Source of the DNA: Chiloscyllium plagiosum
Lineage: Eukaryota
Assembly: GCF_004010195.1 (NCBI RefSeq)
Contig: NC_057720.1
Coordinates: forward strand, 21,755,696 to 21,819,695
Direction of reading: 5' to 3'
DNA: 64,000 nt
Position numbers and translations under genes: made by a program. The notes below the pieces were generated by a model, which worked only from the letters and a program-made list of their open reading frames with translations, made no database searches and was not told the origin of the DNA. Numbering within the stretch: position 1 is the stretch's first letter; each line of letters opens with the position of its first letter. Positions 62,251 through 64,000 of the stretch are shown piece by piece.

Positions 62251-64000
62251 AAATCTTTGTTGAGTTATCCCATAATAAGGGATAGCAACCTGTTAGCCAA
62301 ACTAATTTTGTGACTCACTCACTTGAAACTTTAAATTCTTCTACAGCTACAGTTCACAATTCTGCTTTGGTTCTCTGCTTTAGCACTCGCTTTTTTTTAA
62401 TCTTCCTGCTAAAGTGAACAACTTGGATGAGGGCAGGCTAGGCAGAATTGAGTGATGAAGAGAGAAAAGGACCTTCAAGGTGATTTAGGCAGGTTGCATG
62501 AGTTGACAGATATGAAAAGTGCAGTACGATGTGGTTGTGTGAAGTCCTCCTTTTTTGGTTTTATAAACAATAGGAAGGCAGAGCATTATTTAAATGGTAG
62601 GTTGGAAAATATTGATGCACCAACAGACTTGGGTGTCCATGTGCACCAATCACTGAAAGTAGGTAGCTGCAGCAAGCAGTTAAGGCAAATTGTATCTTGG
62701 CCTTCATTGAAAGGGGATTTGAGTAGAGGAGCAAGAATGTTTTGAAACAGAATCTTAATACTCTTGAAGTATTTTGCAGAGTTTTAGTTGTTTTATCTTT
62801 CAAAACAAAATGCACTTGCCATACAGAAGTTCAATGAAGTTTCGCCAGCCTGATCTCTGTGAAAGCAAGTATGTTGTATACGGAGAGATTGGGTCATTCA
62901 GATCTGTATTTGAGAATTTGGAAGAATGAAGGGTTTGGTTTGAAAAGTGTATAATTCTGATACTACTGGACAGACTGGGTGCAGGGTTGTGGCTAGAATA
63001 ACATTCTCTAATTACAGAATTTTGGACTGAAGGGAGAGGTTTCTTTACTGGTGACCCAGTGGAAATTTTAACATAATGGAGACCAAATCACTGAATATAT
63101 TCAAGAAAAAAATGTAGATGCATTTTATTTTTTTACTGCAGTCTACCATGTCTGGCTAACCTGCTTCATTTATTTAAAGATTTGGGTGAATATATTTTAG
63201 AAATCATCATTTAATAAAGTGTTTTTCTGACTGGAAAGGTTCATAGAATCATCAAACCACAGCAGTTTGGGAGGAAGCCATTTGACCCTCTGAAGAGCAT
63301 CCCACCCAACCTTCCATCATATCTGTAACGTGTATTATTTTCTGTTGCACTTGAGTGTAAAGTAATACTCGACGATAGACTGAATTATTGAGATTCTTGG
63401 ATTAACACTTGTTGAATTTTTGCATCCTTTCTATTCTGTTCTGTTCCATCCTTTGACTCTTTTTTTTAAAAAGAGATTGATAGTACATCAAGGCATATTG
63501 ACTTGTATATGCTGACAGTATGGTTGCTGAATTAGGCATGGTTGACATTGAATGCAAATATAAAATTCAGCGGTGTAGACCAGGTTGATTAAATTTTCCC
63601 CTTGATGGTGGGATCAGTAACCAGAAAGCAGGACGTTTTTAGGGGATGTGAGGAAATTGCTTAAAGTTGCACAACTCTGGCTTGACCGGAGAGCTCTTCA
63701 TTTACAAAGGTGCTTTCTCTGAATTAATTCCTCAAACTAAAGGAACAACAATGAATGAGGGAAGAGTGCAATTATAGTCTGTTAGTTTCTAACTGATATC
63801 AGGTACAGCCCTTTTAAATTAGCATCAAGTAAATTTCTAAAACCTTTGTAGCGCAGTGAGTCTGGAAGCTGTGGTTCAAGTCCCATCTCAAGATTTATGT
63901 TAAGACATTTGGACAAGTTTTATTTTTAAAAATAGTTTAAAAGGGATCCTGACTAAAGAATGAGCATATTGAAATAGGGCACGAAAAAGTGGATTATGAG

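Larger units (their letters stand above)
7435..64000 (+). other. PTBP2: PTBP2 gene span (partial; exons 1-8 present, intron 8 runs off the window)
   Basis: Spliced exons give MDGILTDVTVGIKRGSDELSG...[11 protein letters not shown] (300 codons + 1 nt). [37 protein letters not shown] and AFAKESSLL match PTBP2 rather than PTBP1/3 as I recall those sequences. Confidence 0.9.

Noticed and set aside
52387..64000. PTBP2 exon 9 and the NMD-regulated exon 10
   Set aside because: No matching coding sequence found; presumably downstream of the window.

Overview
Vertebrate genomic DNA, most likely a shark or other cartilaginous fish (inferred from HE1-like SINEs, CR1/HER1-like LINEs and Penelope-like elements). 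Bases 1-6870 hold a decayed class I (gamma/epsilon-like) endogenous retrovirus on the + strand: gag, pro-pol, a gamma-type env, a polypurine tract and the 3' LTR. Its 5' LTR lies outside the window. The 3' LTR ends only about 565 bp upstream of the start codon of PTBP2 (neural polypyrimidine-tract binding protein). I could trace PTBP2 coding exons 1-8 with canonical GT-AG sites and a continuous frame (7435-52386, 901 nt, RRM1 and RRM2); the gene continues beyond the window. The introns are packed with CR1 and Rex1/Babar LINEs, tRNA-derived SINEs, Tc1/mariner MITEs, a solo LTR and many Penelope-like element (PLE) ends. The most notable non-coding signal is a set of minimal hammerhead-ribozyme motifs (CUGAnGA-stem II-GAAAC-GUH) in those PLE ends. 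They are often arranged as inverted or tandem pairs with 10-19 bp target-site duplications, including a perfect 141-bp palindrome. Hammerheads in PLEs are known in general; their arrangement inside this pre-mRNA is what merits follow-up. All calls were made by eye; repeat boundaries are approximate unless a TSD or TIR is quoted.
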